From NCBI GenBank assembly GCA_964515375.1, contig CAZERF010000004.1:22012-86011 (forward strand): a stretch of DNA of 64,000 nt. Reading direction: 5' to 3'. This document shows, one piece after another, positions 37,702-47,401 of the stretch. This DNA is from an uncultured Candidatus Saccharibacteria bacterium (GTDB taxonomy: Bacteria > Patescibacteriota > Minisyncoccia > Phycocordibacterales > UBA6899). Every line of letters begins with the position of its first letter. Position 1 is the stretch's first letter. The notes under the pieces are model-generated. The model was not told the origin of the DNA. It did not search any database and saw nothing but the letters and a program-made list of their open reading frames with translations. The position numbers and the translations under genes are program-made.

Positions 37702-38877
37702 ATGGAACCGCTTGCCGCATCGCTTCGCCCCGAGACGCTTGATGATTTTGTCGGGCAGGAACATCTCACGGGGGAGGGGAAACCTCTTCGTATTGCCATT
37801 GAACACGGCGAGCTTTTCTCTTTTTTGCTCTGGGGTCCGCCGGGTGTGGGGAAGACGACGCTTGCGCGGATCTACGCGCGCGCGGTCGGTGCGCAATTCT
37901 TCGAACTCTCCGCGGTCTCCGCAGGCAAGGCAGATATCACCGCGATCGTGCGCGGGGAACCCGAGTATGACGAGAAGACCGGCGCGCCGAAACAGAAGAT
38001 CCTCTTTCTCGACGAGATCCATCGTTTCAACAAGGCGCAACAAGATTACCTCCTTCCCTTCGTGGAAAGTGGAGCGCTCGCGCTTGTGGGTGCGACAACG
38101 GAAAACCCAAGTTTCGAGGTTATCCCCGCGCTTCTTTCGCGCACACGCGTCTTTGTGCTTGAGTCGCACACCGAGGAGGGGATGAAGAAGATCATCGCGC
38201 GTAGCGGTATTGATATTTCTGAAGACGCGCTCGACTATCTCATCCGCATGGCCGATGGTGACGCGCGTCAAGCGCTCTCGGTCCTCGACGCGACCACACG
38301 ACTCTATGGAGCCGTCACCTTGGAGCATTTGAAGGAGGCGTTGCAGTCAAAACATCTGCGTTATGACAAACTCGGCGAAGAACATTTCAACACAGTGAGC
38401 GCCTTCATTAAGTCCATGCGCGCGGGGCAGCCCGACGCCACGCTTTACTATCTCGCGCGTATGGTCGCTGCGGGGGAGGACCCCAAGTTCATTGCGAGAC
38501 GTATGGTGATCTTTGCGTCGGAGGATGTTGGGCTCGCGCAACCGACAGCACTTGTGGTCGCCAATGAGGTCTTCCGCGCGGTGGAGACGATCGGATACCC
38601 CGAGTGTCGGATCAATCTCGCTCACGGGGCGGTGTACCTCGCGCAGTGCAAGAAAGATCGTCGCGCGTACGACGGATTGAACGCGGCGTTTGCCGACGTG
38701 GAGCGAATGGGCAACCTTCCTGTCCCACTTGCGATCCGCAACGCGCCCACGGGACTCATGAAAGACCTTGGCTACGGGGCGGGGTACGAGAAATACACGA
38801 AGGAGGATCTGCTTCCTGAAAAACTGAAAGGAAAGACCTACCTTCGAAAGGACGACGATGGAAAGGAGCATGTATGA
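37702..38877 (+). CDS. rarA: replication-associated recombination protein A (RarA/MgsA, AAA+)
   Basis: '[15 protein letters not shown]' and the Walker A '[13 protein letters not shown]'. Confidence 0.9.
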   Translation: MEPLAASLRPETLDDFVGQEHLTGEGKPLRIAIEHGELFSFLLWGPPGVGKTTLARIYARAVGAQFFELSAVSAGKADITAIVRGEPEYDEKTGAPKQKILFLDEIHRFNKAQQDYLLPFVESGALALVGATTENPSFEVIPALLSRTRVFVLESHTEEGMKKIIARSGIDISEDALDYLIRMADGDARQALSVLDATTRLYGAVTLEHLKEALQSKHLRYDKLGEEHFNTVSAFIKSMRAGQPDATLYYLARMVAAGEDPKFIARRMVIFASEDVGLAQPTALVVANEVFRAVETIGYPECRINLAHGAVYLAQCKKDRRAYDGLNAAFADVERMGNLPVPLAIRNAPTGLMKDLGYGAGYEKYTKEDLLPEKLKGKTYLRKDDDGKEHV

Positions 38878-39021
38878 CCCCTGTGGATAACTCTCTTGGC
38901 AGAGTTTGTTTCTCAGGGTACAATGAATCTATTGGAGGGCATCGCGCCCTTATTTTATTGGCCCGGCCCTTCAAGGTCGTGCCATTTTGTTTGGCCGACA
39001 TTATCGGTTAACAGGACTTAT

Positions 39022-39141
39022 ATGAGAGCACTCTCAAAAGAGCTTACGTCGGATTATGGAAATGTCGCGCTTGTCATCTCTACGATGGCCACCACGTTCC
39101 TCTGGAGCGTTGTTGCAACGGCATATCCTCTCGTCGCATAG
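39022..39141 (+). CDS. small hypothetical membrane peptide
   Basis: 39-aa hydrophobic ORF before a terminator; weak SD. Confidence 0.2.
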   Translation: MRALSKELTSDYGNVALVISTMATTFLWSVVATAYPLVA

Positions 39142-39169
39142 CTCGGTCACTGTAAAAACCATTTTTCAC

Positions 39170-39198
39170 GCCCCTCTTTTTGCGGGGCGTTTTTTTTG
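39170..39198 (+). terminator. rho-independent terminator
   Basis: 'cgcccctctttttgcggggcgtttttttt'. Confidence 0.7.
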
Positions 39199-39285
39199 TA
39201 CATTTTCCACATGTCACGTTTTCACGGCTTGACTGTTACACTATTTAGCACTCGAGTTCTCTTGATATTTCAGGTAGAATAGAAG

Positions 39286-39846
39286 GTGATGGAGAGGAAA
39301 AGCACAGAACCTTCACTTTCGGATGTCATTGCCCGCGCGCAGGGGGGAGAGAAGGAGGCCTTTGAGGTCCTCTATCACCTCTACTATACTCCGCTGTACC
39401 GCTATGTCTTTCTTCGCGTACGCAACATCCAGGAGACCGAGGACGTGGTCGCCGAGACCTTCCTCAAGGCATATCGCGCGCTTCCCGAGTATCGTCACGA
39501 ACGCGAGACAATGCTCCCATATCTCTTCACGATCGCCCGAAATATTCTGATCAACCAAGGCAAGAAGAAACGACCGGATCTTTTTCTCCCGGAGGATATC
39601 GACCGATATTCCGGGGACGAGGATGCGGCCAAGGGTGCGTTGCATCGCGAGCGGGTCGAAGATCTCAAGAGGGCAATGGAAGTATTGACCGAGACCGAAC
39701 GCGATGTGATCGAACTTCGTTTCTTTGCCGAGCAGACCTATCAAGAGATCGCCAATGCGATGGAAAAGAAAGAAGACGCGATACGGCAGCATGTGACGCG
39801 TGCGATGAAAAAGATGCGCGCTGTCCTCGAAAGACCGACCGCATGA
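39286..39846 (+). CDS. ECF (sigma-24-like) RNA polymerase sigma factor
   Basis: Region 2 'ETFLKAYRALPEY' and region 4 'YQEIANAMEKKEDAIRQHVTRAMKKMR'. Confidence 0.85.
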   Translation: MMERKSTEPSLSDVIARAQGGEKEAFEVLYHLYYTPLYRYVFLRVRNIQETEDVVAETFLKAYRALPEYRHERETMLPYLFTIARNILINQGKKKRPDLFLPEDIDRYSGDEDAAKGALHRERVEDLKRAMEVLTETERDVIELRFFAEQTYQEIANAMEKKEDAIRQHVTRAMKKMRAVLERPTA

Positions 39847-40610
39847 ATCCATATATGAACACCAACCAACCGAAAACACACTCACACAACATCACCGCCG
39901 AACAGCGTCTTGCCTTCATTGACGCGATCGCGGGCGGGGTTCCGTTCCGCGAGGCGCTCGTGCTCTCCGGCATTGCCGAGCCGCTTTCGCCTGTGGCCGA
40001 GACCGAGCTCGAAGAGATCGTGCGGACGGTCGGGATTTTTGATGAAGTGCGGCAGTCGATCATACCTCGTCGCGAAGGACTTGAGCGCATCATTGCTGAG
40101 CTTTCGGTAAGCACTCCTGTTGTCGCGTCGAGTACTTCCGTTCCGTCCCCGTTCACTCCATCGTTCTTGATGGCACCGCGCGACAAGAACGCGATACTTT
40201 CCCGTTTCCTTCTTCCTGTTGGTGCTCCACTCTTTGCCTTTCTTGTGGTGACGACGATCTTGCTTTCCGCGGATCATAACGTGCCCGTCCTTTCACCGTC
40301 CTCGCTTTCTGTTGTGCCGATGAGCGCGACGTCAAACGACGGAGCAGCGCCCGAACTTGCGATGATGCGGACTGCTCCCGCAAGCGACGCACCGATGGCA
40401 ATGAAGGCGGTCGAGCCAATGATGATGGCAATGACAGCTGCTCCTCTTCCTTCTCTTGATACGGTTGATGGTGTCGAAGAGTTCGTGTTGCGCGAGGCGG
40501 ACATGGAGCTTGCAATCGCCGATCAGGACATTGCGCTCGCTCCTTCCCATACCTCGAACAAGGATTTACTCGATAAGCTTTCCTCGGCATATGATGCGAT
40601 CGATCGTTAG
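39843..40610 (+). CDS. putative anti-sigma factor (single-pass membrane protein)
   Basis: Overlaps the sigma-factor stop (ATGA). The cytoplasmic N-terminus is followed by one TM helix (LLPVGAPLFAFLVVTTILL). Confidence 0.45.
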   Translation: MNPYMNTNQPKTHSHNITAEQRLAFIDAIAGGVPFREALVLSGIAEPLSPVAETELEEIVRTVGIFDEVRQSIIPRREGLERIIAELSVSTPVVASSTSVPSPFTPSFLMAPRDKNAILSRFLLPVGAPLFAFLVVTTILLSADHNVPVLSPSSLSVVPMSATSNDGAAPELAMMRTAPASDAPMAMKAVEPMMMAMTAAPLPSLDTVDGVEEFVLREADMELAIADQDIALAPSHTSNKDLLDKLSSAYDAIDR

Positions 40611-41346
40611 TCATTTCCTGCTTGCACTTGTTTTCGTCTTTGGCGGGTTTGTGCCTTCTTTTGTCTTCGCGCAGAATGCTCCTGTTTTGATTCCCGCGAC
40701 CGACAACTTCTGCATGGAGGTTGCGAGCCGTGCCGCTTCGATCCGCAGAGACATCACCCCGCATCAAGACGCTTTTTATGATGCGATCTCCACTCGCATG
40801 GAATTGTTGTTCAAGGAGCGTGACGCGCGCAAGGCGGAGATCGAGGCATTGGGACGCACATGGGATGACGCGAGCAGGGAAGTCCCCGCGCGGTTGCTCG
40901 GAGAACAAACCTTGATCGAACGCGGGACTCAGGTTGTGAGTCTTGTGAACCAGCTTGACACCGCGATCCTTGCGCGTCGTGAGCGTGTCGCCCGCGCGAT
41001 GATGGTCTATGAGCGTGATATTCGCAACCTGATCTCCTATCAAGACGATGATGTCCGTCGCGCGACCACTCGCTTTGACGCCGGAATCGCGGAGGCAAAA
41101 GCGCTCGCGGAGAATGCGTGCGCCAAGGGGGTTTCTTCCGAGGTGGTACGCAAGGACTTCAATGTTGCCGTTCGGAACGCGAAGGAAGGCATGTTGAATG
41201 AGCTTGATCGCGTGCGTGCGTATGACGTTGAATTCGTGCGTGTCGCCAACACGGAGCAGGTCTTTGTTTCTGAAGCAACAACTGATTTTCGTTCAAAGGT
41301 CAAGGAGATCACGTCTTCATTGCGCGCATCGCTTGTTGCGGAGTGA
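40591..41346 (+). CDS. hypothetical secreted coiled-coil protein
   Basis: Signal peptide MMRSIVSHFLLALVFVFGGFVPSFVFA followed by a charged helical region. Confidence 0.45.
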   Translation: MMRSIVSHFLLALVFVFGGFVPSFVFAQNAPVLIPATDNFCMEVASRAASIRRDITPHQDAFYDAISTRMELLFKERDARKAEIEALGRTWDDASREVPARLLGEQTLIERGTQVVSLVNQLDTAILARRERVARAMMVYERDIRNLISYQDDDVRRATTRFDAGIAEAKALAENACAKGVSSEVVRKDFNVAVRNAKEGMLNELDRVRAYDVEFVRVANTEQVFVSEATTDFRSKVKEITSSLRASLVAE

Positions 41347-41423
41347 TCCGCGAGGAGTTTTGACGATAACGAAGCGCCCTGTGCTATAATGGGCGCACTT
41401 TAATTTACGCTATCACCAGAGAT

Positions 41424-42590
41424 ATGAACTACGACAAACGTTCCATTGCTGCACACAAAAAACATCAGGGGAAGATCGAGATCCGCTCACGGGTTCCTTT
41501 GCGCAACAAAGAAGACCTTTCTATTGCTTATACGCCCGGCGTCGGTGCTGTCTCAAAGGCGATCGCGGCGGACAAACGTTTGGCGCGAACGCTTACCATG
41601 AAGGGAAGGACGGTTGCGGTCGTTTCGGATGGCTCTGCAGTACTTGGACTCGGAGACCTCGGTCCCGAAGCGGCGCTTCCGGTCATGGAAGGGAAGGCGG
41701 CACTCTTCAAGGTTTTTGCCGATGTTGACGCGATTCCCGTCGTGCTCTCGGTGCGAGATGTTGATGATATTGTGCGCGCGGTCAAGGCGATCGCTCCGAC
41801 ATTTGGAGGGATCAACCTTGAGGATATTTCCGCTCCGCGCTGTTTTGAGATCGAAGAGCGATTGCGCGCTGAACTCAATATTCCTGTCTTTCATGACGAT
41901 CAGCATGGCACCGCGATCGTGGTGCTTGCCGCGCTCATCAACGCACTCAAGCTGACGAAAAGGAAGCCACAGTACACCCGCGTGGTCATAAACGGCGCAG
42001 GGGCAGCCGCTGTCGCGATCTACCGTATGCTTGTCGCGTCGGGAATCATGCGTGAGAATGTCATCATGCTTGATTCAAAAGGTATCCTTCATCCTGATCG
42101 CGGAGGTATTCGCGGATACAAACAGACCATCGCGCTTGAAACGAACAGAAAACTCCGCAAAGGCGATCTTTCCGCGGCACTTCCCGGTGCGGATGTTTTC
42201 ATTGGTACATCAGTCGCCAACGTCTTGCGTCCCGAGTGGGTGGAATTGATGGCAGAGCAACCGATCGTTTTTGCTCTTGCGAACCCCGATCCGGAGATCT
42301 CGTATGTTGCCGCAAAGAAGACCAAGATCGCAGTGCTTGGTACCGGACGTTCCGACTATCCCAACCAGATCAATAATGTTCTTGCTTTTCCCGGAGTGTT
42401 TCGCGGAGCGCTTGATTCCGGGGCGACACAGATCACCGAAGAAATGAAGCTTGCCGCCGCCAGCGCGATCGCAAAGCTCGTTTCCGCGAAGGAACTCGAC
42501 GCGGAGTATATTCTCCCCAAGCCTTTCGACAAGCGTGTTGCTCCCGCGGTGGCGCGTGCCGTCTCATCCGTGATCAAAAAGAAGAAGTGA
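41424..42590 (+). CDS. NAD(P)-dependent malic enzyme (short form)
   Basis: 'LSIAYTPGVGAVSKAI', 'VAVVSDGSAVLGLGDLG', 'VLAFPGVFRGALD'. Confidence 0.85.
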   Translation: MNYDKRSIAAHKKHQGKIEIRSRVPLRNKEDLSIAYTPGVGAVSKAIAADKRLARTLTMKGRTVAVVSDGSAVLGLGDLGPEAALPVMEGKAALFKVFADVDAIPVVLSVRDVDDIVRAVKAIAPTFGGINLEDISAPRCFEIEERLRAELNIPVFHDDQHGTAIVVLAALINALKLTKRKPQYTRVVINGAGAAAVAIYRMLVASGIMRENVIMLDSKGILHPDRGGIRGYKQTIALETNRKLRKGDLSAALPGADVFIGTSVANVLRPEWVELMAEQPIVFALANPDPEISYVAAKKTKIAVLGTGRSDYPNQINNVLAFPGVFRGALDSGATQITEEMKLAAASAIAKLVSAKELDAEYILPKPFDKRVAPAVARAVSSVIKKKK

Positions 42591-42629
42591 CCCGCTTTCT
42601 TTTGACGAAGCGTGTCATATAATGGAAAC

Positions 42630-42824
42630 ATGAACAAAGAGGAAGTGGCGCGTTTTATACGGATGGTCGGCATTGTGTATATTCCGATCGCATTCCTCGT
42701 ACTGATCATCTTTGTCCTCGTTAATCATTATCTGGGAGTGATCGAAGAGGAGCGTGACGCGACGGGTCGCGGTGACCCGCCTTCGCTCATTGTTCCCGTA
42801 CCTCCTGATCTTCCCGTAGAATAA
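42630..42824 (+). CDS. small hypothetical membrane protein
   Basis: One TM helix (IVYIPIAFLVLIIFVLV); a terminator follows. Confidence 0.3.
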   Translation: MNKEEVARFIRMVGIVYIPIAFLVLIIFVLVNHYLGVIEEERDATGRGDPPSLIVPVPPDLPVE

Positions 42825-42831
42825 AAGAACC

Positions 42832-42862
42832 CCGTCCATGTGTGGACGGGGTCGGTGTTTTA
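42832..42862 (+). terminator. rho-independent terminator
   Basis: 'ccccgtccatgtgtggacggggtcggtgtttt'. Confidence 0.65.
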
Positions 42863-43213
42863 GCAGGGGACGCCTCTTTCGAGCGCCCGCTCGATGTCGG
42901 GCAAGAATGGATGCAGTGCTCGTGCGAGGGCTTTTGTGTGCGGCTCTCCTTCAGAAAAGAGCGCATCGTAGCAGGTGACCATGACGTTGTAGAGGAGCTG
43001 CCCCGTCGCGGAGTGGATCGCCTTTCGCGCTTTTGTGGTGGTCCATACGCGCAAGGACTTTGTTCCGTTGCACTTCGTGACGAGCGTGATGATGATACGA
43101 CGCTCGCTCTTTCTGTTTGCGACCTCGATCGCGCGTGCTCCTCCGGGAAGCACGATACATGACCCCGTTCCTTCTTGGAAGTGGCACAAGGTCTCGTGGG
43201 TGTCGGTATGCAT
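42860..43213 (-). CDS. hypothetical protein
   Basis: Start MHTDTHETLCHF is preceded by an AGGAGG SD. No recognised family. Confidence 0.4.
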   Translation of the reverse strand: MHTDTHETLCHFQEGTGSCIVLPGGARAIEVANRKSERRIIITLVTKCNGTKSLRVWTTTKARKAIHSATGQLLYNVMVTCYDALFSEGEPHTKALARALHPFLPDIERALERGVPC

Positions 43214-43307
43214 GATGTCTCCTCCTTCGTTGTTTTTGAAAGGTGCCCCCTTATTCTTTCGTATCACAAAAATCCTTCTTTTGCCAGTGCGACGCGTCGT
43301 GTGATGC

Positions 43308-44249
43308 TCAGGCGACAACGTTGGTCATTGCCGCTTCTTTGATCACCTTGCGAGACTTTGCAAAGAAGTATCCGATCACCGCGAAGGTGACGATCGGGGA
43401 GACGTATTCGGGAATGTGGATGCCAAAGGCGTGACCCAGCATGACGATCGAAAGCGCGAGGACTGAATACATCGCACCGTGCTTCAAGAAGACATATTTC
43501 TTGATGTTGTCGATGTTGGAGACCGTCATTTGTCGAACGATCAAGGCGCCGATACCGTTACCGATCAAGATAAGCGGGATCGAGAGGGTGAAGGCGAAGG
43601 CACCAAGGACCCCGTCGACCGAGAAAGCCATATCGATCATTTCAAGATAGACGATCTTGCTCACGTCAGAGTGTCCACCACGTCCTTCTTGCATTTCGAT
43701 CTCTGCCTTTTCCGCGTAGTCTTTGAATCCGTTCACAATGAAGAATGCGGAGGAGCCGATGACCGCACCGAAGGCGATCATGGGGTCGATCTTGAGCGCA
43801 AACCAGACGATCGTCGAAAGAAAGATCGACGCGGTCGCAAAGAACCACACACCGTTCTTGAGGAAGAATTTTTCGTGGGAAAGACCAAAGACCTTCGGCT
43901 CAAGAAAGAGCCAATGAAGGAAGATGAAGAGGAGGAAGACACCAGCCCCCATAAGGAGCATCGGCGAAGAACTCTCGATCGCCTTCAGCGCCGCTTCATC
44001 TCCGGTAAACATTGCCGAGAAGGATTGCCAGAAGGAGAGGTCGGCACTGGCAAGCCAAATAATAAGAAGGGGAAGAAGGCCGCGCACGATAAAGACCGCG
44101 AAAAAGATACCCCACGTGAGGAACCATCGTCGTGCTCGCGGACCGACCTTTCCGAGTACGTCAGCGTTAATGACGGCATTGTCGATCGAGTTGACGGATT
44201 CGAAGACAACAAGACCGAGAATGATAAGGAGGGCACTAAAAAGATCCAT
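43308..44249 (-). CDS. TerC family integral membrane protein
   Basis: 'FESVNSIDNAVINA' matches the TerC signature (E-x-SxDN-a); multi-TM. Confidence 0.8.
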   Translation of the reverse strand: MDLFSALLIILGLVVFESVNSIDNAVINADVLGKVGPRARRWFLTWGIFFAVFIVRGLLPLLIIWLASADLSFWQSFSAMFTGDEAALKAIESSSPMLLMGAGVFLLFIFLHWLFLEPKVFGLSHEKFFLKNGVWFFATASIFLSTIVWFALKIDPMIAFGAVIGSSAFFIVNGFKDYAEKAEIEMQEGRGGHSDVSKIVYLEMIDMAFSVDGVLGAFAFTLSIPLILIGNGIGALIVRQMTVSNIDNIKKYVFLKHGAMYSVLALSIVMLGHAFGIHIPEYVSPIVTFAVIGYFFAKSRKVIKEAAMTNVVA

Positions 44250-44353
44250 GTGCGTTATTATACTGATATTTTAAATAAATTCATCTCGGTGTGAGTAATA
44301 TCTTTTGCGGTAAAGAAAACCGCCCCGATGTATTGGGGCGGCGGAATGAACTA

Positions 44354-45940
44354 CTATTTCTGAACTTGAGTGACCGGGGCACCTGTTGTGACGGCCCACG
44401 GTTCGGGGCGCGGCATTGCGGCGACGGTCCCCATGAAGGCACCGATGTCGATCGTGCGCGCTTCGGCGGCAGGCGTGTCATCCATGGAGCCGACGATCAC
44501 GTAGGTGAAGCCGACGATCGGGTAGTCGGTGGTGTACCCACGCGACGAACCCCATGCCGGAGTCGCCATTGCGACCGCTTTGTCCGCTCCGCCAAACACG
44601 GAGGAAACCGCCGCGCCGATGCCCTTTGAGGAGGCATAGGCGGCGGTACCCTTCTGCGCCGTTTTGCTCTGGTCGTTGCTATAGACCAGCTGAATCAATC
44701 GGTACCCACGAAGATTTTCGCGAGCCCACTTGCCGGCAGCGGCGTGGATGGTTTGGAAGTTTCCGTCACGCGCAAGCTCCGGATCGATTCGTGCTTCGAC
44801 CTGGACAGTGCCCAGGCAGTAGCAGCTTCCGGAACCACTCTCCACACGTTGAAGCGGTACGGTACGGATGGTCGGTGTTTGCCCGCCCGGCCTCCGTGCC
44901 TGGTCGTCAAGGGTCGCGATGATGCTTTCGTGATCCGTTTTCACGCGAACCACGTTGTCATCACCGGACATCTGCGTGATGCAGAAGTCCTCGTAGACCG
45001 CAACGAATCCGGCGGCACCTACGGAGTTCGGTTGTCCGATCGCGTAGTTGGAGGTCGGAGCTGTCGGATTGACCATCATCGCATTCGGCGTTGTGGCGAT
45101 CGCGCGGACGGGTTTTGGTGCTTCAAAATGCACCTGGACCGCGCCTGTTGCGATATTGCCCGCGTTCTCGACCGACGCACCGGACTCGGAACGGCTGTTG
45201 CCGGAACCCGAGTTATTTACGCTCGCACCGGACGTGGAGGACGAGGCAGAATTGCCAGAGTCCTTCACTGTTCCGCCCGTGGCACTCGATGTCGCATGTG
45301 AGGTGTTCGTGTTTCGCACCGCGCCATCTTCGATCCGTGCCGTTCCTCCGGTGAGGGTGTTTTGTACCGCACCCTTTTCAATCGTTGCGGAACCGCCCGC
45401 ACCACCTGCTCCTCCGGCGCCACCTTCGACCGCACCTTTTTGCAGGGTGAGGTTTGCGTTTGCTCCCGAGGTTGAGCCACTTGTCGCGCCGGACGTCGAG
45501 CCGCTGAGTGCGGTTGGGTTGGCTGTCACGGTATTTGTATTCGTTCCCGTGACAGTTCCGTTCAGGTTTGCGGTGTTGGTTGCGTTACCTCCGAGCGCGG
45601 TCGTATCTCCGACCGAGCCGCCCGTTGCCGTCGGACTGGCGGTCATGTTTTGGATTGGATTGGCGGTGGCCGTTCCAGTTCCTGTCGCATTACCACCTGT
45701 TGCCGTCGGGCTGGCGGTGAGGGTGGGACTGATGTTTCCCACTGTCGCCGTTGATCCAGAGGTGTTGACCGGAGCGATGTTGCCTAGAGTCACCCCCGAA
45801 GTCGAGCTTGCGCTCGGATCGGAGTTGACTGTGGTCCCGCACGTCGTGCAGGGGGTCGGCGCCGGATCGTAGTCACCGGCGACACTTGTTCCCGCGAGCA
45901 TCATGAGGGCGATCGCGAGGGCGGTCATTTTCGTTTTCAT
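44354..45940 (-). CDS. secreted Thr/Gly/Asn/Ser-rich repeat protein with conserved C-terminal domain
   Basis: Signal peptide MKTKMTALAIALMMLAGTSVAG, ~250 aa of degenerate TxGNxT-type low-complexity repeats, then a ~270-aa globular region. Confidence 0.6.
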   Translation of the reverse strand: MKTKMTALAIALMMLAGTSVAGDYDPAPTPCTTCGTTVNSDPSASSTSGVTLGNIAPVNTSGSTATVGNISPTLTASPTATGGNATGTGTATANPIQNMTASPTATGGSVGDTTALGGNATNTANLNGTVTGTNTNTVTANPTALSGSTSGATSGSTSGANANLTLQKGAVEGGAGGAGGAGGSATIEKGAVQNTLTGGTARIEDGAVRNTNTSHATSSATGGTVKDSGNSASSSTSGASVNNSGSGNSRSESGASVENAGNIATGAVQVHFEAPKPVRAIATTPNAMMVNPTAPTSNYAIGQPNSVGAAGFVAVYEDFCITQMSGDDNVVRVKTDHESIIATLDDQARRPGGQTPTIRTVPLQRVESGSGSCYCLGTVQVEARIDPELARDGNFQTIHAAAGKWARENLRGYRLIQLVYSNDQSKTAQKGTAAYASSKGIGAAVSSVFGGADKAVAMATPAWGSSRGYTTDYPIVGFTYVIVGSMDDTPAAEARTIDIGAFMGTVAAMPRPEPWAVTTGAPVTQVQK

Positions 45941-45973
45941 GCTTTTCTCCTTACCTTTGAACGAGAGAAAGAT

Positions 45974-47203
45974 TTAGGGATCGATCCCCGACCCAAAGGC
46001 CGAGTACGGGTTGGGTGTTACCGCCGGCACGTCGTTTGTCGTTGTGGTGACATGAGACGTGTTTGGTGCGACTCCATAGAACTTGACCATTTCTTCATCT
46101 TTGACCGGGGTCCCTTCAGGGAGTGCCGGGAAGACATAAGAGGGTCGGAGTTCAGGGCAGGTTGCGCACAGCACTTCTTCCTTTTTGGTGTCGCGTATCG
46201 GGGTTGTCATTTGCACGGTATTAACCGTACGACTTGCCCAATTTCCACAAACCTCAGGCCAGATGAGGAGGTACGTGTACCGGTTTTTTGTGACCGCGTA
46301 CGCTCGTGCTCGCTCTTCCTTGCCGTTCTTCCATGCCGCAACAGTGTTCGTGCGGGTCTTGTTTGTTCCGAAGAGCATGGCGTCGAAACGGTCATGCTCT
46401 TTGATATTGATCATCTCGAAGTCATCGTTGCGCACTTTTTGGTTGAGCGCGCGAGCAACATCTCCGGGGTAATGTTCAGTCAAGAACTTCCCGAGGTCAC
46501 ACTTAACGCACTTGTCGGCGCCGGGGCGTTTCCAGAGGAAGTCGTTGGAGGTTTGGCTCGTCTCGCGGTTCGCTTCTTCCCATAGGTCAGGGATCCGCGC
46601 GCGAGGGTTTGTGATCGGGTTGTCTCCCGCGCGACGTCGCGCCGCGATGCCTTCCGGCATGCTTCCGGGCGTGATCGTTCGTTCGGCAACATTGAATACG
46701 CAGGTTTCCGTATAGGAAAACACATAACGCGTATCCGCCGTCGTGACAACAAATTCGTTGAAGCGCTCGTCTTTCGTCGCATCACGCAGAAGGTTGGCCA
46801 CATGAACAGGGAGGCCGGACTTCGCGATGGCGGTCTGTGTGTCGCAGGAGGGCATCGGGGGCAGTGTTGCCGCGTTTGCCGGTGCGAGAGGCCGCGTTGT
46901 CGATCGAGTTGACGGACGGGGATTTTTGCGGACGATGCTTTCGACCGCGGGGGTCGAGGCAGGTTCGTTCGCGGTGACCTCGCTCTCAGCACTCGTCGTG
47001 ATCACTTGGCCGATGTAGATGCGGTCGGGGTTGGTGATCTTCGAGTTGAGGGCAACAAGTTGCTTCACGGTCGTTTTGTGGGCGACCGCGATGGCGGAGA
47101 GGGTATCTCCGCGCTTGACCGTGTATGAGGCCGCTTCCGCGATGCTCATACCGGCAAGCATCATGAGCATGACGCTCACGATGATGCGGAAAAGTTTGTT
47201 CAC
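45974..47203 (-). CDS. LysM domain-containing secreted protein
   Basis: GTG start with an AAAGGAG SD; signal peptide; the LysM 'YTVKRGDTLSAIAVAHKTTVKQLVALN'; Cys-containing C-terminal domain. Confidence 0.7.
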   Translation of the reverse strand: MNKLFRIIVSVMLMMLAGMSIAEAASYTVKRGDTLSAIAVAHKTTVKQLVALNSKITNPDRIYIGQVITTSAESEVTANEPASTPAVESIVRKNPRPSTRSTTRPLAPANAATLPPMPSCDTQTAIAKSGLPVHVANLLRDATKDERFNEFVVTTADTRYVFSYTETCVFNVAERTITPGSMPEGIAARRRAGDNPITNPRARIPDLWEEANRETSQTSNDFLWKRPGADKCVKCDLGKFLTEHYPGDVARALNQKVRNDDFEMINIKEHDRFDAMLFGTNKTRTNTVAAWKNGKEERARAYAVTKNRYTYLLIWPEVCGNWASRTVNTVQMTTPIRDTKKEEVLCATCPELRPSYVFPALPEGTPVKDEEMVKFYGVAPNTSHVTTTTNDVPAVTPNPYSAFGSGIDP

Positions 47204-47304
47204 GGAATTGTCTCCTTTTTCAGAAATTGTGAATGAGCCGAAACACACGAAGCGCATCGCGCACCGTCTTTTGAGCGTTGTGTTTCGAGACTACTCTACC
47301 TTTT

Positions 47305-47333
47305 AGTATATTCTATTTTTTGGAAAATGTCAA
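47305..47333 (-). promoter_or_regulatory. sigma70-type promoter (minus strand) TTGACA-17-TATACT
   Basis: Reverse complement of 47328-47333 and 47305-47310; ~95-nt leader to the LysM gene. Confidence 0.55.
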
Positions 47334-47401
47334 GTTTCCCCCGGGTGTTCTCCCGGCGTGCTGATGGGGAAAATATCCTTATTTTAGAACCTTATTCCAC
47401 G

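Noticed and set aside
45048-45872. 274-aa plus-strand ORF with PAPPAPPAPP repeats
   Set aside because: Antisense to the Thr/Gly-rich secreted protein gene; an artefact of the repetitive GC-rich codons.
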